Positions 1 through 10,054 of a stretch of DNA of 64,000 nt are shown piece after piece. A program made the translations under genes and the position numbers. This DNA is from a virus, in the IMG/VR virus record IMGVR_UViG_3300023172_000016, positions 1-64,000 of that record; one strand, written 5' to 3'. The notes under the pieces were generated by a model. That model saw only the letters and a program-made list of their open reading frames with translations, had not been told where the DNA came from and searched no databases. Numbering within the stretch: the first letter of the stretch is position 1; every line of letters begins with the position of its first letter.

Positions 1-837
1 ATTTTAGAACAACCGCAACCTATTGCTAATGAATGGGAACCTACTGATGCAAGTGTGGTTGCTTGGATTGATGCAAGCGATACTACTTCTTATACTACAT
101 CAGGTTCAACTTTAACAGCCGTTACGGATAAAGCAGGTACATATACCATGTCAATTGGTAATACACCTACTGTTGTTACTAATGGTCTTAATAGCTTAAA
201 TGTATTTGATTTTGATGGAAGTGGTGAATATTTGCAAAGCACAAGTTATTCAGCACAAACAGATGGTAGTGGAAATCATTGGGCAGTTGGAGTATTTTTA
301 GCAGACTTTGTCGATGCGGATAAAGATTCTTTCTGGTCTTATGAAACAAATACTTCAATAAGTACCAAAAGAGATTATGCAATATCATCAGGCGGTGGAG
401 GTTCAAATACTTGGCCAGGTGAGCTTGACTTAGATACAAACAACGTAACTAACAGAATAAGTTCTACGATTGGTAATTTACAGGATTGGACTTTACAAAG
501 TGTCTCAATTGATAACTGGGTTATTGTTTCATGTTGGTTTAACAAAACAGGTAATCAAATAGGTAACCGGGTCAATGGTAATAACGCATATACTCCTGTT
601 AATGACTATGATAATTCAATTCAGACTAACCAAGAATTAAGGTTAATGAGGAATCGCGCATCTCAAGAATTAGATGGTCGCTTGGCAGAATTTTTTACAG
701 TTGCTGATATACCAGGAACTGGCGGAACGGATCTTACAGATTTAGAAAAAGGTGAAGGGTATCTTGCGTGGAAATGGGGACTAGTTTCTTCTCTGCCATC
801 TGGGCACCCATATAAGAATTCACCTCCAACTGTTTAA
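1..837 (+). CDS. Virion structural/tail protein with LamG/concanavalin-A-like domain (5' truncated by window edge)
   Basis: Frame is open from base 1 (ILEQPQPIANEWEPTDASVVAW...). Ser/Thr/Gly/Asn-rich beta-type sequence ending in EGYLAWKWGL..LP..HPYK..PP, typical of phage lectin-like structural domains. Confidence 0.6.
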   Translation: MLEQPQPIANEWEPTDASVVAWIDASDTTSYTTSGSTLTAVTDKAGTYTMSIGNTPTVVTNGLNSLNVFDFDGSGEYLQSTSYSAQTDGSGNHWAVGVFLADFVDADKDSFWSYETNTSISTKRDYAISSGGGGSNTWPGELDLDTNNVTNRISSTIGNLQDWTLQSVSIDNWVIVSCWFNKTGNQIGNRVNGNNAYTPVNDYDNSIQTNQELRLMRNRASQELDGRLAEFFTVADIPGTGGTDLTDLEKGEGYLAWKWGLVSSLPSGHPYKNSPPTV

Positions 838-876
838 AACAGTTGACATGATATATAGATAAAATAATTTCCACTA

Positions 877-1551
877 GTGGCTTATAGAATAGTACTAAGA
901 CAGGATGTTGCAGCGAATTGGACAACTAACAATCCAGTTCTTCTAAGTGGTGAACTCGGATTTGAAACCGATACCAAAAGAATCAAACTTGGTAATGGTT
1001 CGGATAGATGGAATGCTCTTCCATATTATCTAAGAGCAGGATTCTATGGGCATTTTTATGATACCACCTTTCAGCAAGTGGGTGCTACTGGGGAAGCTTA
1101 CTATATTAGATGTAATACAACAAACATTTCTGAAGGAGTTTATGTAACTGGAGCTACCGCTGGCCCATCTGGTGCTACTGGAAACTTTAGATATGTGGTT
1201 GAAAATCCTGGTGTATATGAAGTAAGCTTAACTGGAAACCTTAAACAAACTTGCGGTACTACTGGATCTACTGGATCGGTTCCGAGTCTAACTTACGTTT
1301 GGTTATCTAAAAATGGTACGGATGTAACTTATTCGTCTCAGAGTATTCAAATGTCTGGCAGTACTTCTAATCCAGACTATATTGATATTAACTTTAGTTA
1401 CCCAGTTAGCATGTCTGCTGACGACTATTTAGAAATCAAATACGGTAGCGATGATTGTACATCAATGGCATTCGAACCTGCTACTGCAGATTCTGCTAGA
1501 CCTTGGGCAAGCGTTCCTTCTGTATCAGTAGCTATCAGTCAACTTGGATAG
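877..1551 (+). CDS. Tail fibre/adhesin-like protein with Mtd/hyaluronidase-type N-terminal domain
   Basis: N-terminus RIVLRQDVAANWTTNNPVLLSGELGFETDTKRIKLGNG..W..LPY matches the fibre N-terminal motif; GATG spacer repeats; GATATATA box upstream. Confidence 0.7.
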   Translation: MAYRIVLRQDVAANWTTNNPVLLSGELGFETDTKRIKLGNGSDRWNALPYYLRAGFYGHFYDTTFQQVGATGEAYYIRCNTTNISEGVYVTGATAGPSGATGNFRYVVENPGVYEVSLTGNLKQTCGTTGSTGSVPSLTYVWLSKNGTDVTYSSQSIQMSGSTSNPDYIDINFSYPVSMSADDYLEIKYGSDDCTSMAFEPATADSARPWASVPSVSVAISQLG

Positions 1552-1848
1552 TCTTTGAACGACTACCGGATCCTTAATAGATTTTCCTGATAACGTATTA
1601 AAGGTTTCTTCGTTAACCATTATTACAGAGGTGTTAATCCCGCTATCATAATTTCTAAATGCACCATTATCCCAATTGGCTTTAAGGTGCATAGACATCT
1701 CATCACCCTCTTTCAGGTAAAGGGTGTCCTTATCGGTTGTGACAATTGAAAATTCAGAAACCTGGATTAGGTTGGACGAAAATACCTTTTGTTGTCCACA
1801 AGCAGCAAGGAGAACTGACGTTGCTGCAATAAAGAATGTTTTTTTCAT
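1525..1848 (-). CDS. Lipoprotein, function unknown
   Basis: MKK + hydrophobic stretch + LLAAC lipobox; TATTTTTG box at 1863-1870. Confidence 0.65.
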   Translation of the reverse strand: MKKTFFIAATSVLLAACGQQKVFSSNLIQVSEFSIVTTDKDTLYLKEGDEMSMHLKANWDNGAFRNYDSGINTSVIMVNEETFNTLSGKSIKDPVVVQRLSKLTDSY

Positions 1849-1909
1849 AACGATGATCTCTTCAAAAATACATCATCAATACGAAAATAATCCGATGAAG
1901 TTTCGATTT

Positions 1910-2614
1910 TTATAGGTTACAGCCTGTTGGATTCTTGAACTTAGCTTCCGTTCCGGCACCTGCAGAGGTATTATATCTGTCTTTCCACCACTTTGCTTGT
2001 CCGTTTAAATCCGATGGAATTGATTTATTGACTACAGTTACCTTGTTTGTCTTCCGGTTGTATTTATAATCCCTCATTTTGATTTCAAGGAAAAGTCTAC
2101 ATGCAAGAGCATTGTATAGTGGTTTTGATAAACTTTCATATGGGGTCATATCCCAATTTAGACCAAGATCTGTTTTAATCTTGTTTTTCCCGTCTTCCAA
2201 AAGTTTCCTGATAACGTGATTTCCTTGTGGTTTTTGCCCCTGATAACCTATCGATCTCAAAGCTGTGTTTTTATCTAATTGGAAAACCCCTTTGGTTATT
2301 CCTGGTCTCCTGTATGTGTTTGGGTTAGTCCCGTAGCAGCTTTCAACAGCGGCCAACCTTTTCATGAATGTCTTCACATTGTTACCGTCTCCAAAGACCT
2401 CAGCAACGACGTCGATTGCTTTTTCAATTAGCGTCTTAGCTTTTTCCCCTTTCAGATACTCTGAATATTTAGTAGCTTCCTTGCTTATTTCAGGATTTGC
2501 CCTCATAGCATTCCACTCGTCATCAGTTATACCTGCTGAAGATTTTATGGATTCCACTTCCGATTCGTTAAGCGAGTTTCCTATAAAGGATCTGAAAGAT
2601 TTGATATTGTCCAT
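1910..2614 (-). CDS. Lysozyme-fold/transglycosylase-like protein with capsid-targeting-like N-terminus
   Basis: AAVES..G and GVFQL motifs, WKDRYNT; N-terminus MDNIKSFRSF..SLNES. Confidence 0.5.
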   Translation of the reverse strand: MDNIKSFRSFIGNSLNESEVESIKSSAGITDDEWNAMRANPEISKEATKYSEYLKGEKAKTLIEKAIDVVAEVFGDGNNVKTFMKRLAAVESCYGTNPNTYRRPGITKGVFQLDKNTALRSIGYQGQKPQGNHVIRKLLEDGKNKIKTDLGLNWDMTPYESLSKPLYNALACRLFLEIKMRDYKYNRKTNKVTVVNKSIPSDLNGQAKWWKDRYNTSAGAGTEAKFKNPTGCNL

Positions 2615-2645
2615 TTTGCTATTTAAGTTTTGCTATATATTCGAA

Positions 2646-3338
2646 TTAATCTATTCTGTATAGATTCATTTGTTTAATTATTTCGTTTGCTATTTTCTTA
2701 TGCCCCTCTATCTCCAAATGGCAAAGAAAATCTGCGCAATCTTCTTTTTCTATAGCCCATCTAGTTTCAATAATAGTAGCTTCTGAGATGCAAGAAAGTG
2801 AATCTTGATAATTCCTCTTTATATTAGCATACATTTTCCACTTAGAGCTAGTTGAATTTAGGACTTTATCTGGTGATGTTCCAGTAATGATTACTGGCTT
2901 TATTCCATATTCTTTGCATAGATCTATCATGACATTGTAGTTAGAAAGAATCTGTGAAGATGGAATTCCAATGGATGCATCGTTTCCCCCACCAAAGATG
3001 AAGCAATAGTCGTAGGTTGAATCTACATTTTCAACAAGTTTCCTTTTCATCCAACCTGTTGTTTTACCCTCAACCGCTGTGTTTGTAATTTTTATTCCAG
3101 TCCATTCAGAAAGGAAGGACTGCCACCCTTTAGAAAATGCTGAGTGTGAATCACCCACTAGGAGTGCTTTTTTGTTAATAAGAATCTCTGGACAATCAGA
3201 CTCGATTATCACAGTATCTGCCAGGGAAATTCCTTCTTGTGGGTCTGAGGGGACTTCAGGTCCGCTCAGTGCAAAAGCTAGAGCTATTCCTCCCATCAAA
3301 GAAGCCACCATGTAAAATAAATCTTTATTCTCAATCAC
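2646..3338 (-). CDS. SGNH/GDSL hydrolase with N-terminal membrane anchor
   Basis: LLVGDSH block I, GGGND block III, DFLCHL..EGH block V. Confidence 0.8.
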   Translation of the reverse strand: MIENKDLFYMVASLMGGIALAFALSGPEVPSDPQEGISLADTVIIESDCPEILINKKALLVGDSHSAFSKGWQSFLSEWTGIKITNTAVEGKTTGWMKRKLVENVDSTYDYCFIFGGGNDASIGIPSSQILSNYNVMIDLCKEYGIKPVIITGTSPDKVLNSTSSKWKMYANIKRNYQDSLSCISEATIIETRWAIEKEDCADFLCHLEIEGHKKIANEIIKQMNLYRID

Positions 3339-3540
3339 TCTCTATATAACCTACTTGAGCTTGGCTAGAGAGTTGTTATTAGTTCTTCTGTGAAATAGCT
3401 TATTTACCGTTGAATTGATCTTTTCACATCTTAATACCTGGAAAGCTCCAAGTACTAATGTAATGAGTGCCCAAATGGTCGGGAAAAGAATCAAGCAACA
3501 AGCCCAAGCTAAAACACCGACTACTCGAGGTAAAAGAAAG

Positions 3541-3744
3541 TCAGGATTTAAGAATCTCATTCTTTTTCTTGTTGTTCAAATAATCCAAGGCTGCTTGTCC
3601 CATCCATTGCATCGGATCAACTGAGTCCGGATCATTTTGTCTACCTCCCTTTGCCATAATAGGCTCGGGGGAACCGTGTGATGCCTTATTTAATCTCTCA
3701 AGTTTGTCCGAAATTGCCTTTAAATACTCTGAATTCTGATGCAT
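3541..3744 (-). CDS. Hypothetical protein
   Basis: 67-aa ORF with GATATATA box at 3763-3770. Confidence 0.5.
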   Translation of the reverse strand: MHQNSEYLKAISDKLERLNKASHGSPEPIMAKGGRQNDPDSVDPMQWMGQAALDYLNNKKKNEILKS

Positions 3745-3903
3745 AATTTTTTCTTAATTATTTATATATCCGTTTTCCTTTAGATATCCTCGTATGACAA
3801 AGAAAACAAATATAAACGAGTAGAGTAAGAGAGTTATACGCATCATTATGGAAAGTCCTCTAAGAATATTATCGACAATCCACATGGCTAATAAAGTGGT
3901 GTT

Positions 3904-4155
3904 TTAGATGTTATTCCTTACAATTTCTATTGCATCTTCGAGGGATTTCCAAATAACCATATCAGGTTCTTCCTCTGACTGGATAGCCAACAGCATTTTT
4001 CCATCGTCGGATTTTCCAACAGCTAAGGTCCCCAAGCCCTCACAAATAATTGGGTAAGCTTGGTTTTTTTCGAGCTTATCGAATATTTCCTGGTAGTCAA
4101 AGTCGTGCCAGTCAAAGTCGAATGCTTCTTGGTATTGTTTGCTAAATTCTGCCAT
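3904..4155 (-). CDS. Hypothetical protein
   Basis: 83-aa ORF on the dominant strand. Confidence 0.55.
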   Translation of the reverse strand: MAEFSKQYQEAFDFDWHDFDYQEIFDKLEKNQAYPIICEGLGTLAVGKSDDGKMLLAIQSEEEPDMVIWKSLEDAIEIVRNNI

Positions 4156-4268
4156 TTTATTTCTTTCCTTTATATGGTTTAACTAGACATGTTGGACATA
4201 TGTACATCATGCTTAAGCCGAGAGGTATTGGCTTACTGCACAATTTGCATTTATTCCAGTCTTCCTTA

Positions 4269-5195
4269 TTATCTTTCATTGATAACGTGCATTTTTTCGA
4301 CCCCCTTGTTTGATATAACTATGTACAGCCCCTTTAGATCTTGGTATGGTATCTCACTGCCTTTATAAACTAGATTTCCCCAGAAATCATAAACCGAATA
4401 ATGGCCGGGTAATTCGTTTTCATCTATGGAGACTGTTGAATTAACTACATTAAAAGTCCACTGAGCCCTCTGGGTTCCTATTAATTGACCGTTCCGATAA
4501 TCGTCAATTTGGAATCCGGTAGCATACTTACCTAACGTGGAAGGTATCCAGCTAATACTGTCATTGTCAACATGCATGGAAAGTTGTGAATACACTTGGG
4601 GAACAAATACACCATTGGCATATCCATAGTGAAGATCGGTTTGGCTTATCTCCACTACATCACCATCCAGCTCGTTTAGAAAACAATTGATAACACCCCA
4701 TACAGGTTTCATTGTATTCCTTGTGCTAACCTGCTGATTAATTATAAAAGGAACCCTAGCAAATGGGGTAGAGTTATTTGGTATATGCCAATAATCTACA
4801 GAGATGATAAATTCTGAATTCATTGAATTTGTGGAATTGTCTAATCCCGCCCAGCAGCAATTTTTGTAAATAAACCTATACTTATTAGAATCTAAGTCAA
4901 GATAGTCGGAGGTGTAGTTCACAATATTCTGTCCTTGGAATGGGATTGGGAGCGAACCCATTGTGAGGGTAACAGTCCCGTTTTGTACATACCAACCCAC
5001 CGAATTCATTTCCCATTTTTCCACCGTGATACTATTGGGTGGTGTTATCCCTTGGCTATCTGCGATAAGCCAAACCCCTATTGCTGTTGAATCTTGTGAG
5101 GTTTGTGCTACCGAGATCATACCCCCCATAAGGTGAGTAGCTTGTGCAGATGTTGTTATGATGATCCCTAGAAGGATCGGGAGTATATTTTTCAT
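4269..5195 (-). CDS. Secreted protein with T9SS-like C-terminal sorting domain
   Basis: Start moved to MKNILPILLG (signal peptide ...SAQA|THLMGG); CCW motif; C-terminal YDFWGNLV...LKGLYIV...K resembles a type A T9SS CTD. Confidence 0.6.
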   Translation of the reverse strand: MKNILPILLGIIITTSAQATHLMGGMISVAQTSQDSTAIGVWLIADSQGITPPNSITVEKWEMNSVGWYVQNGTVTLTMGSLPIPFQGQNIVNYTSDYLDLDSNKYRFIYKNCCWAGLDNSTNSMNSEFIISVDYWHIPNNSTPFARVPFIINQQVSTRNTMKPVWGVINCFLNELDGDVVEISQTDLHYGYANGVFVPQVYSQLSMHVDNDSISWIPSTLGKYATGFQIDDYRNGQLIGTQRAQWTFNVVNSTVSIDENELPGHYSVYDFWGNLVYKGSEIPYQDLKGLYIVISNKGVEKMHVINER

Positions 5196-5205
5196 TGTTT
5201 TTGGT

Positions 5206-6288
5206 TTAGTTGCTAAGGGGAGCTTTAATTGTTTCGTGGCATTCATACCCATCGAGGATGAAATCTTTGGGTCTAAGTATTGGGATAATGCTTCCGAAGT
5301 CTTTAGGATCAACATGGTCCTTAATTAAGATTTTTGGTAATTCATAAGGATTCCTACGGATCTGTTCTTCTGCCTGTTTGATGTGATTTCTATAAAGATG
5401 TACATCTCCCAAATTACCAACTAGTTCATCAGGTACCATATTAACCTCTTTTCCGATGATTATTAGCAATAGGGCGTAACTAGCAATGTTAAAAGGCAAA
5501 CCTAAAAAGGTGTCTACTGATCTTTGATTCCACATAAGGGAGATAGTTCTTCTAGGAAACCCCCTTTCATCCAGATCCTCGTGATAAAGATTTTTTGCAT
5601 AACTTTTATCCTTGCCCTCATTTTTAGACCAAACTTCCCTTCTTTCGTTGAGGTCCATTTCTCTTGTATAAACTTGAAATCCATAATGACAAGGCGGAAG
5701 AACCATATAACCCAGCTCACCTACGTTCCAAGCATTAACCATCAATCGTCTTGAGTCTGGGTTTGTTTTAAGGTCGTTGATTAGGTTTTGGATTTGGTCT
5801 ACATTACAATCTCCACCTCCACAATAGTATTCCCAATCTCTCCATTGTTTACCATAGATAGGTCCTAACTCACCCCACTTCTTAGCAAACTCATCATCGG
5901 TTTTGATTTTGTTGATGAATTCTTCTTTATCTAACTTAACCCTATCTATTTTGGGGTGTGTTGATTTTAATTCCCCAATAGGAATTTCCCATTGATGCCA
6001 GCAATGTTTTTCATACTTTTTATACGCATCACCGTTCCAAATGTTACAGCCATTGTCAACCAAATACTTAATGTTGGTATCTCCCTTCAAGAACCATAAC
6101 AATTCAGTCACCATAGTTTTGAATGCCATTTTCTTAGTGGTTAGCAAAGGAAAACCATCTTGCATGTTATGACGGATTTGTCTTCCAAATACTGAAATAG
6201 TCCCGGTCCCAGTTCTATCTGATTTTTCTACTCCATTTGAAAGTATATCATTCAGTAATTCTTGGTATTGTTTATCTATATTATTCAT
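5206..6288 (-). CDS. thyA: Thymidylate synthase
   Basis: DRTGTGT, ELLWFLKG, LPPCH catalytic Cys, QRSVDTFLGLPFNIASY, GDVHLY. Confidence 0.97.
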   Translation of the reverse strand: MNNIDKQYQELLNDILSNGVEKSDRTGTGTISVFGRQIRHNMQDGFPLLTTKKMAFKTMVTELLWFLKGDTNIKYLVDNGCNIWNGDAYKKYEKHCWHQWEIPIGELKSTHPKIDRVKLDKEEFINKIKTDDEFAKKWGELGPIYGKQWRDWEYYCGGGDCNVDQIQNLINDLKTNPDSRRLMVNAWNVGELGYMVLPPCHYGFQVYTREMDLNERREVWSKNEGKDKSYAKNLYHEDLDERGFPRRTISLMWNQRSVDTFLGLPFNIASYALLLIIIGKEVNMVPDELVGNLGDVHLYRNHIKQAEEQIRRNPYELPKILIKDHVDPKDFGSIIPILRPKDFILDGYECHETIKAPLSN

Positions 6289-6670
6289 CTTGGTATCTTG
6301 ATTTTACTCTTTCCGAAATTGGTATGGGGTCGTTATTTTCGTCTATCCTTACAAATTTTATTTTGGTGGATAGAATAACTGATTGCTGTCCTGAATAAAC
6401 ACTATGTGCTCTGGCCTCCAGATAAAGTGTTAGCGAGGTGTTACCAATATCACTGACTTCCCCATATATTTTAATTAGCTGACCCTCTTTAGCGGGTCTT
6501 TTGAAAATACATTCATCTATTTTAACAGTGACCATTCTTGGGGTATCACAAACTTCCATTGCCATTGCAGCACCAGCTGCATCTAGCCAAGCAAGAAGTT
6601 TACCACCAAAAAGGTTTGCATGAAATCCAAGGTCAGACTTTTTTATTGGGTGTGTTGATATTAATTCCAT
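6281..6670 (-). CDS. Acyl-CoA thioesterase (hotdog fold)
   Basis: DLGFHANLFGGKLLAWLD, VTVKID, IGNTS; start moved to MELISTH. Confidence 0.85.
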   Translation of the reverse strand: MELISTHPIKKSDLGFHANLFGGKLLAWLDAAGAAMAMEVCDTPRMVTVKIDECIFKRPAKEGQLIKIYGEVSDIGNTSLTLYLEARAHSVYSGQQSVILSTKIKFVRIDENNDPIPISERVKSRYQDE

Positions 6671-6930
6671 TAGATTCTTTGTGGGAATTGACCCTTTATA
6701 CAAATAATATATTGCAACTCACTATTGGGGCTTTCTAAAAGAGGAATACTAAATTTCAAATCGCTAGGCAAATCCCTTTCATATTTGACACCTTCTGGCA
6801 ATTCCCTCCCAAGTACTACACCGAGTGCCATATATTCTTTGAACTCCAATTCTCTCCCGTCGCAAGGTAGCCAGTCTTTAGGGGTGTAGTTATTACTAAA
6901 AAGTATTATTTGTCCTAAGTAAGCTTCCAT
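6670..6930 (-). CDS. Phage tail-collar-domain protein
   Basis: YLGQIILFS..YTPKDWLPCDGREL...YIICIKG.FP. Confidence 0.75.
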   Translation of the reverse strand: MEAYLGQIILFSNNYTPKDWLPCDGRELEFKEYMALGVVLGRELPEGVKYERDLPSDLKFSIPLLESPNSELQYIICIKGQFPQRI

Positions 6931-7295
6931 TACTTTTCAAATATTTTAATTTTTGCATCAACCTCAGTTAGCTCCGACCAGGTACCCATATAGGTAACCG
7001 CTCTTACCTTACGATTATCTATCCATACGTATTCCTGTCCATCTTTTATCCTTGGTTTATCCATTACCAACGAGTGATATAGAAATCCATTGTCATGAAG
7101 CCACTTCTCAGTAACTTCTCTGTCCTTCTCCTCTCTGGCTGTAAAGAAGGTGATTGTGTTTCCCTCCTCGTGCCACTTATTGATAATATCCAAAGCATCT
7201 TCATGTGGCTTTGCATATGGGTAGAGGTGACTATCCTCATTTTTAATGTCCTCACAGACGGTTCCGTCTATGTCTATTAAAAAAATTTTATTCAT
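6930..7295 (-). CDS. HAD-superfamily phosphatase-like protein
   Basis: LIDIDGT, FFTAR, MDKPR, WIDN motifs. Confidence 0.8.
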   Translation of the reverse strand: MNKIFLIDIDGTVCEDIKNEDSHLYPYAKPHEDALDIINKWHEEGNTITFFTAREEKDREVTEKWLHDNGFLYHSLVMDKPRIKDGQEYVWIDNRKVRAVTYMGTWSELTEVDAKIKIFEK

Positions 7296-7448
7296 CTTCA
7301 GATTCTTGTCCAGATTGTCTTGCGAGTCTTAATGCTATTCCAATAATCCCTCCCGCAGCAAAATAGCCTGCAAAAGAGTCAAAGACCATTGGTGTCCACA
7401 ATCCTATAATAGCTATGATAATGGAATGACCATATTTTGTGATTTTTA

Positions 7449-7790
7449 TCATTTAAAGATCCTTCCCAGGGTAATTAGCTTTATAGAATCCCAATACCCC
7501 AATTCGTATCCCCATAATTTTCTTTCACTTAGGTCATCATATACTTTCCATAGATAGTTCCTAATCCAAAGAAAATCCCACCAATCAACAGACAGTTCCT
7601 GGATTGTTGTTTTGTTTGGTAACCTAAACTCAAATGCTAAAAGGGAGTAATATCTTAATTTGAAATTGATTGTAAAAATGCTAAACCCCCAACTTTCTTG
7701 CTGGTCACGTAGCAAAAGGGTAAACAGGCTGAAACTTAAGTTCCAATTTCTTGTTTTCCATGAAATTTTCTCTAATAATCTTTGAAGCAT
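7449..7790 (-). CDS. Hypothetical Trp-rich protein
   Basis: 113-aa ORF. Confidence 0.5.
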   Translation of the reverse strand: MLQRLLEKISWKTRNWNLSFSLFTLLLRDQQESWGFSIFTINFKLRYYSLLAFEFRLPNKTTIQELSVDWWDFLWIRNYLWKVYDDLSERKLWGYELGYWDSIKLITLGRIFK

Positions 7791-7843
7791 AATTAAGGAA
7801 GTTGATCCTTAATTTAAACAGCAAAGGGGCCTAAAAGTTTCGA

Positions 7844-8797
7844 TTAAGCTAAGTTAGAAAGATCCTCAATATCAAACTTGCTCGAGTAAGCAAGTGCATT
7901 TCTATATGCTCTGCTACTTCCTATGTTTTTACCCCAACCAGCATTTGCATTTACCGCAGCACCTAATGCTTTATCAAATTCTGTAAAGTCATTAGGATCA
8001 TTATTTCCAAATTTCCTTTTGGAGTGCTTGCTACTAAGACCATTTACAAAATAAAGTGCATTTACTTCAGCAGCAATCTGAGGATCGTTTACTTTTTCTG
8101 GGTTGGCAACAATGTTTACGTTAGTACCATTAGCCTGAAGTAATTTGTTGTATTTCTCGTAATTTCCCTTGAAAGTCAATTGGTTAAAACCTCTTCCTCT
8201 ATATTTAGATCCGTCTCCTGGTCTTGTGTTTCCGTATCTGCCACCGTAAACTTTATCCCAAAAAGCATCTTCGTCCTTCTTTAGTTTTGTTAACTCCGCA
8301 TCGCTTAGTCCAGAAACCCTAGAACCAAATATTTTTCTGATCCTTTGGTTAGATGTGTTTTTATAAGATATTTCATCCTTTGGGATGAAATTAGATTCCT
8401 TTCCAATAACCGAGAGGATAGCTTTTTGGGTAAGCGGGTTTACTATACCATACTTATTAAGTGCATCTACGACAAGTTTTGCGTTTTGGTCTTTAGTGCC
8501 GCTGCCAACTCTTCTAATTTTAACGGTTCCCACTGTAGGGGTATCCACATTTTTACGTGGGGTGATAACAGAAGTTGCTGATGGAGTGCTATTTGTGTTA
8601 CTATTAGGGCTATACGTTGACTGTTTTTTAGTCCAATTTGTCCTATTTTTATAGTAGTCTATGAGGGTTGATCTAAGATCTGATGCTGCGGACGAATCAC
8701 CTTTTGTGATAGGAGCATCCTTTATTTTGTTCAAGAAGTTAGTTACCCGATTGTAATCAACATCTTCAAACACACTAAAAGTTTTGATTCTTCTCAT
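7844..8797 (-). CDS. Glycoside hydrolase family 19 (chitinase-like peptidoglycan hydrolase)
   Basis: IGKES, YGGRYGN..GDG.KYRGRGFNQLTFKGNY; N-terminus MRRIKTFSVFED. Confidence 0.85.
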   Translation of the reverse strand: MRRIKTFSVFEDVDYNRVTNFLNKIKDAPITKGDSSAASDLRSTLIDYYKNRTNWTKKQSTYSPNSNTNSTPSATSVITPRKNVDTPTVGTVKIRRVGSGTKDQNAKLVVDALNKYGIVNPLTQKAILSVIGKESNFIPKDEISYKNTSNQRIRKIFGSRVSGLSDAELTKLKKDEDAFWDKVYGGRYGNTRPGDGSKYRGRGFNQLTFKGNYEKYNKLLQANGTNVNIVANPEKVNDPQIAAEVNALYFVNGLSSKHSKRKFGNNDPNDFTEFDKALGAAVNANAGWGKNIGSSRAYRNALAYSSKFDIEDLSNLA

Positions 8798-8801
8798 ATT
8801 T

Positions 8802-8809
8802 TATATATC
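8802..8809 (-). promoter_or_regulatory. Phage late-promoter-like box GAT(A)(T/A)ATA, representative copy
   Basis: Also at 850-857(+), 3763, 15323, 24042, 28717, 31295, 34414, 41788(+), 43863, 49676, 52271, 57668 and 58504, each a short distance upstream of a start codon. Confidence 0.7.
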
Positions 8810-8818
8810 AAAACCGAT

Positions 8819-9598
8819 TTACCAGGATTCTATACTGGGGTAATATTTTTCTGAGTCTATGAAAGGAAATTGATAAGCGTGCTCCCTGAGTCTTAATTCC
8901 ATATTTCTAACCTTTTTGTGATGGTCTGAGAATGTGACAAATTCCCTAGAAATCATCGGCCAGATTGTGTAGTTATTAGTAGGAATTTTTTCGGAGGTTA
9001 AAAAGTGATCCACATCATCTATGTTAAGTTCATGTCTTAGATGCATATGATCATTTACTTTGTCAAAGCATGTTGGTGAATAAACAGCAAAATTTATTGT
9101 GCTCGCCTGATTCCTTGGCTTTGCTAAATGGTCAGTGATAATTTCAATTTGGGAGTAGAAGTAATGATTACCAATTAAGACATCCCAGTCTTCGGGAATG
9201 TTTCTAAAAACAGATCCTAGTTTTTCTAACCAGCCGGTTGCCATTTCACAATCATCTTCAATAACTATTATGGGTTCACCAATTTCTTTGCTCTTTTTCA
9301 TACACTCTAAATGAGCTAGAAAAATTCCAGTGGGAGGGTCGCTATTTACGATTCCATCCTTTCTAGTTACATGAAAATGGTTTAGAATATCTTGGTTCTT
9401 GCTTTTAAAAATTTCCCACCTATCTTCTCTTTCCGGAAGGTTGATTACTAAAGCCCTCTTGGGCAATGGAATGGATTTTGTTTTGACAGCAAAAGAATCT
9501 CTAGAGTCGATGATTTTTTCAAGGTCTTTAACCTTATTATTCTCAGACATCTGGGAGAAGTGCCCAGGTCCAATTGTTGGTCCTAAGGGATTATTCAT
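8819..9598 (-). CDS. Glycosyltransferase family 25-like
   Basis: VINLPEREDRW, AHLEC, IVIEDD, DWDVL. Confidence 0.75.
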   Translation of the reverse strand: MNNPLGPTIGPGHFSQMSENNKVKDLEKIIDSRDSFAVKTKSIPLPKRALVINLPEREDRWEIFKSKNQDILNHFHVTRKDGIVNSDPPTGIFLAHLECMKKSKEIGEPIIVIEDDCEMATGWLEKLGSVFRNIPEDWDVLIGNHYFYSQIEIITDHLAKPRNQASTINFAVYSPTCFDKVNDHMHLRHELNIDDVDHFLTSEKIPTNNYTIWPMISREFVTFSDHHKKVRNMELRLREHAYQFPFIDSEKYYPSIESW

Positions 9599-9607
9599 TT
9601 CTTTTGT

Positions 9608-10018
9608 CTATTCTTCCCAATCTGGATCCCTCCAGTCGTTATAAGAACCATCCAAATAGATATCTGTTTCCTGGTGAGTTAATAACCATTCATATTTGTC
9701 TTTAACCCAAACTTTCTCGGATAGTGGTATTTCTACCCTGGATTCTATTCTCGATCCGTCGATGAAACCCCCCAAGAGTGATTCAAGAGATTCTAAAATT
9801 TCTACAAGATCTTCGTCCGGTATGATTTTGCTGGATTCAGATTCGCAATAGATCTCTATTCTATTACTTTCATTCACCTCTAAGCAGTTTAGAAAAAGTT
9901 CTCTGGCATCTGGATCGACAATGAGCTTTCTTATCCTTCTTTTAGTACTTTCCAGATAACTTGGATTGAACTTGACTTTTGTTACTAAATCTATATGGTA
10001 AACACAATTTTCTAACAC
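9608..10018 (-). CDS. Hypothetical protein
   Basis: 136-aa ORF. Confidence 0.5.
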   Translation of the reverse strand: MLENCVYHIDLVTKVKFNPSYLESTKRRIRKLIVDPDARELFLNCLEVNESNRIEIYCESESSKIIPDEDLVEILESLESLLGGFIDGSRIESRVEIPLSEKVWVKDKYEWLLTHQETDIYLDGSYNDWRDPDWEE

Positions 10019-10054
10019 TGTTAAACTTTGCTTTTATTTGACTATATAACAAGT

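Noticed and set aside
1084-1275. Repeated ggtgctactgg / actggatct units
   Set aside because: These are coding GATG/TGS spacer repeats in a fibre protein, not a DNA-level element.
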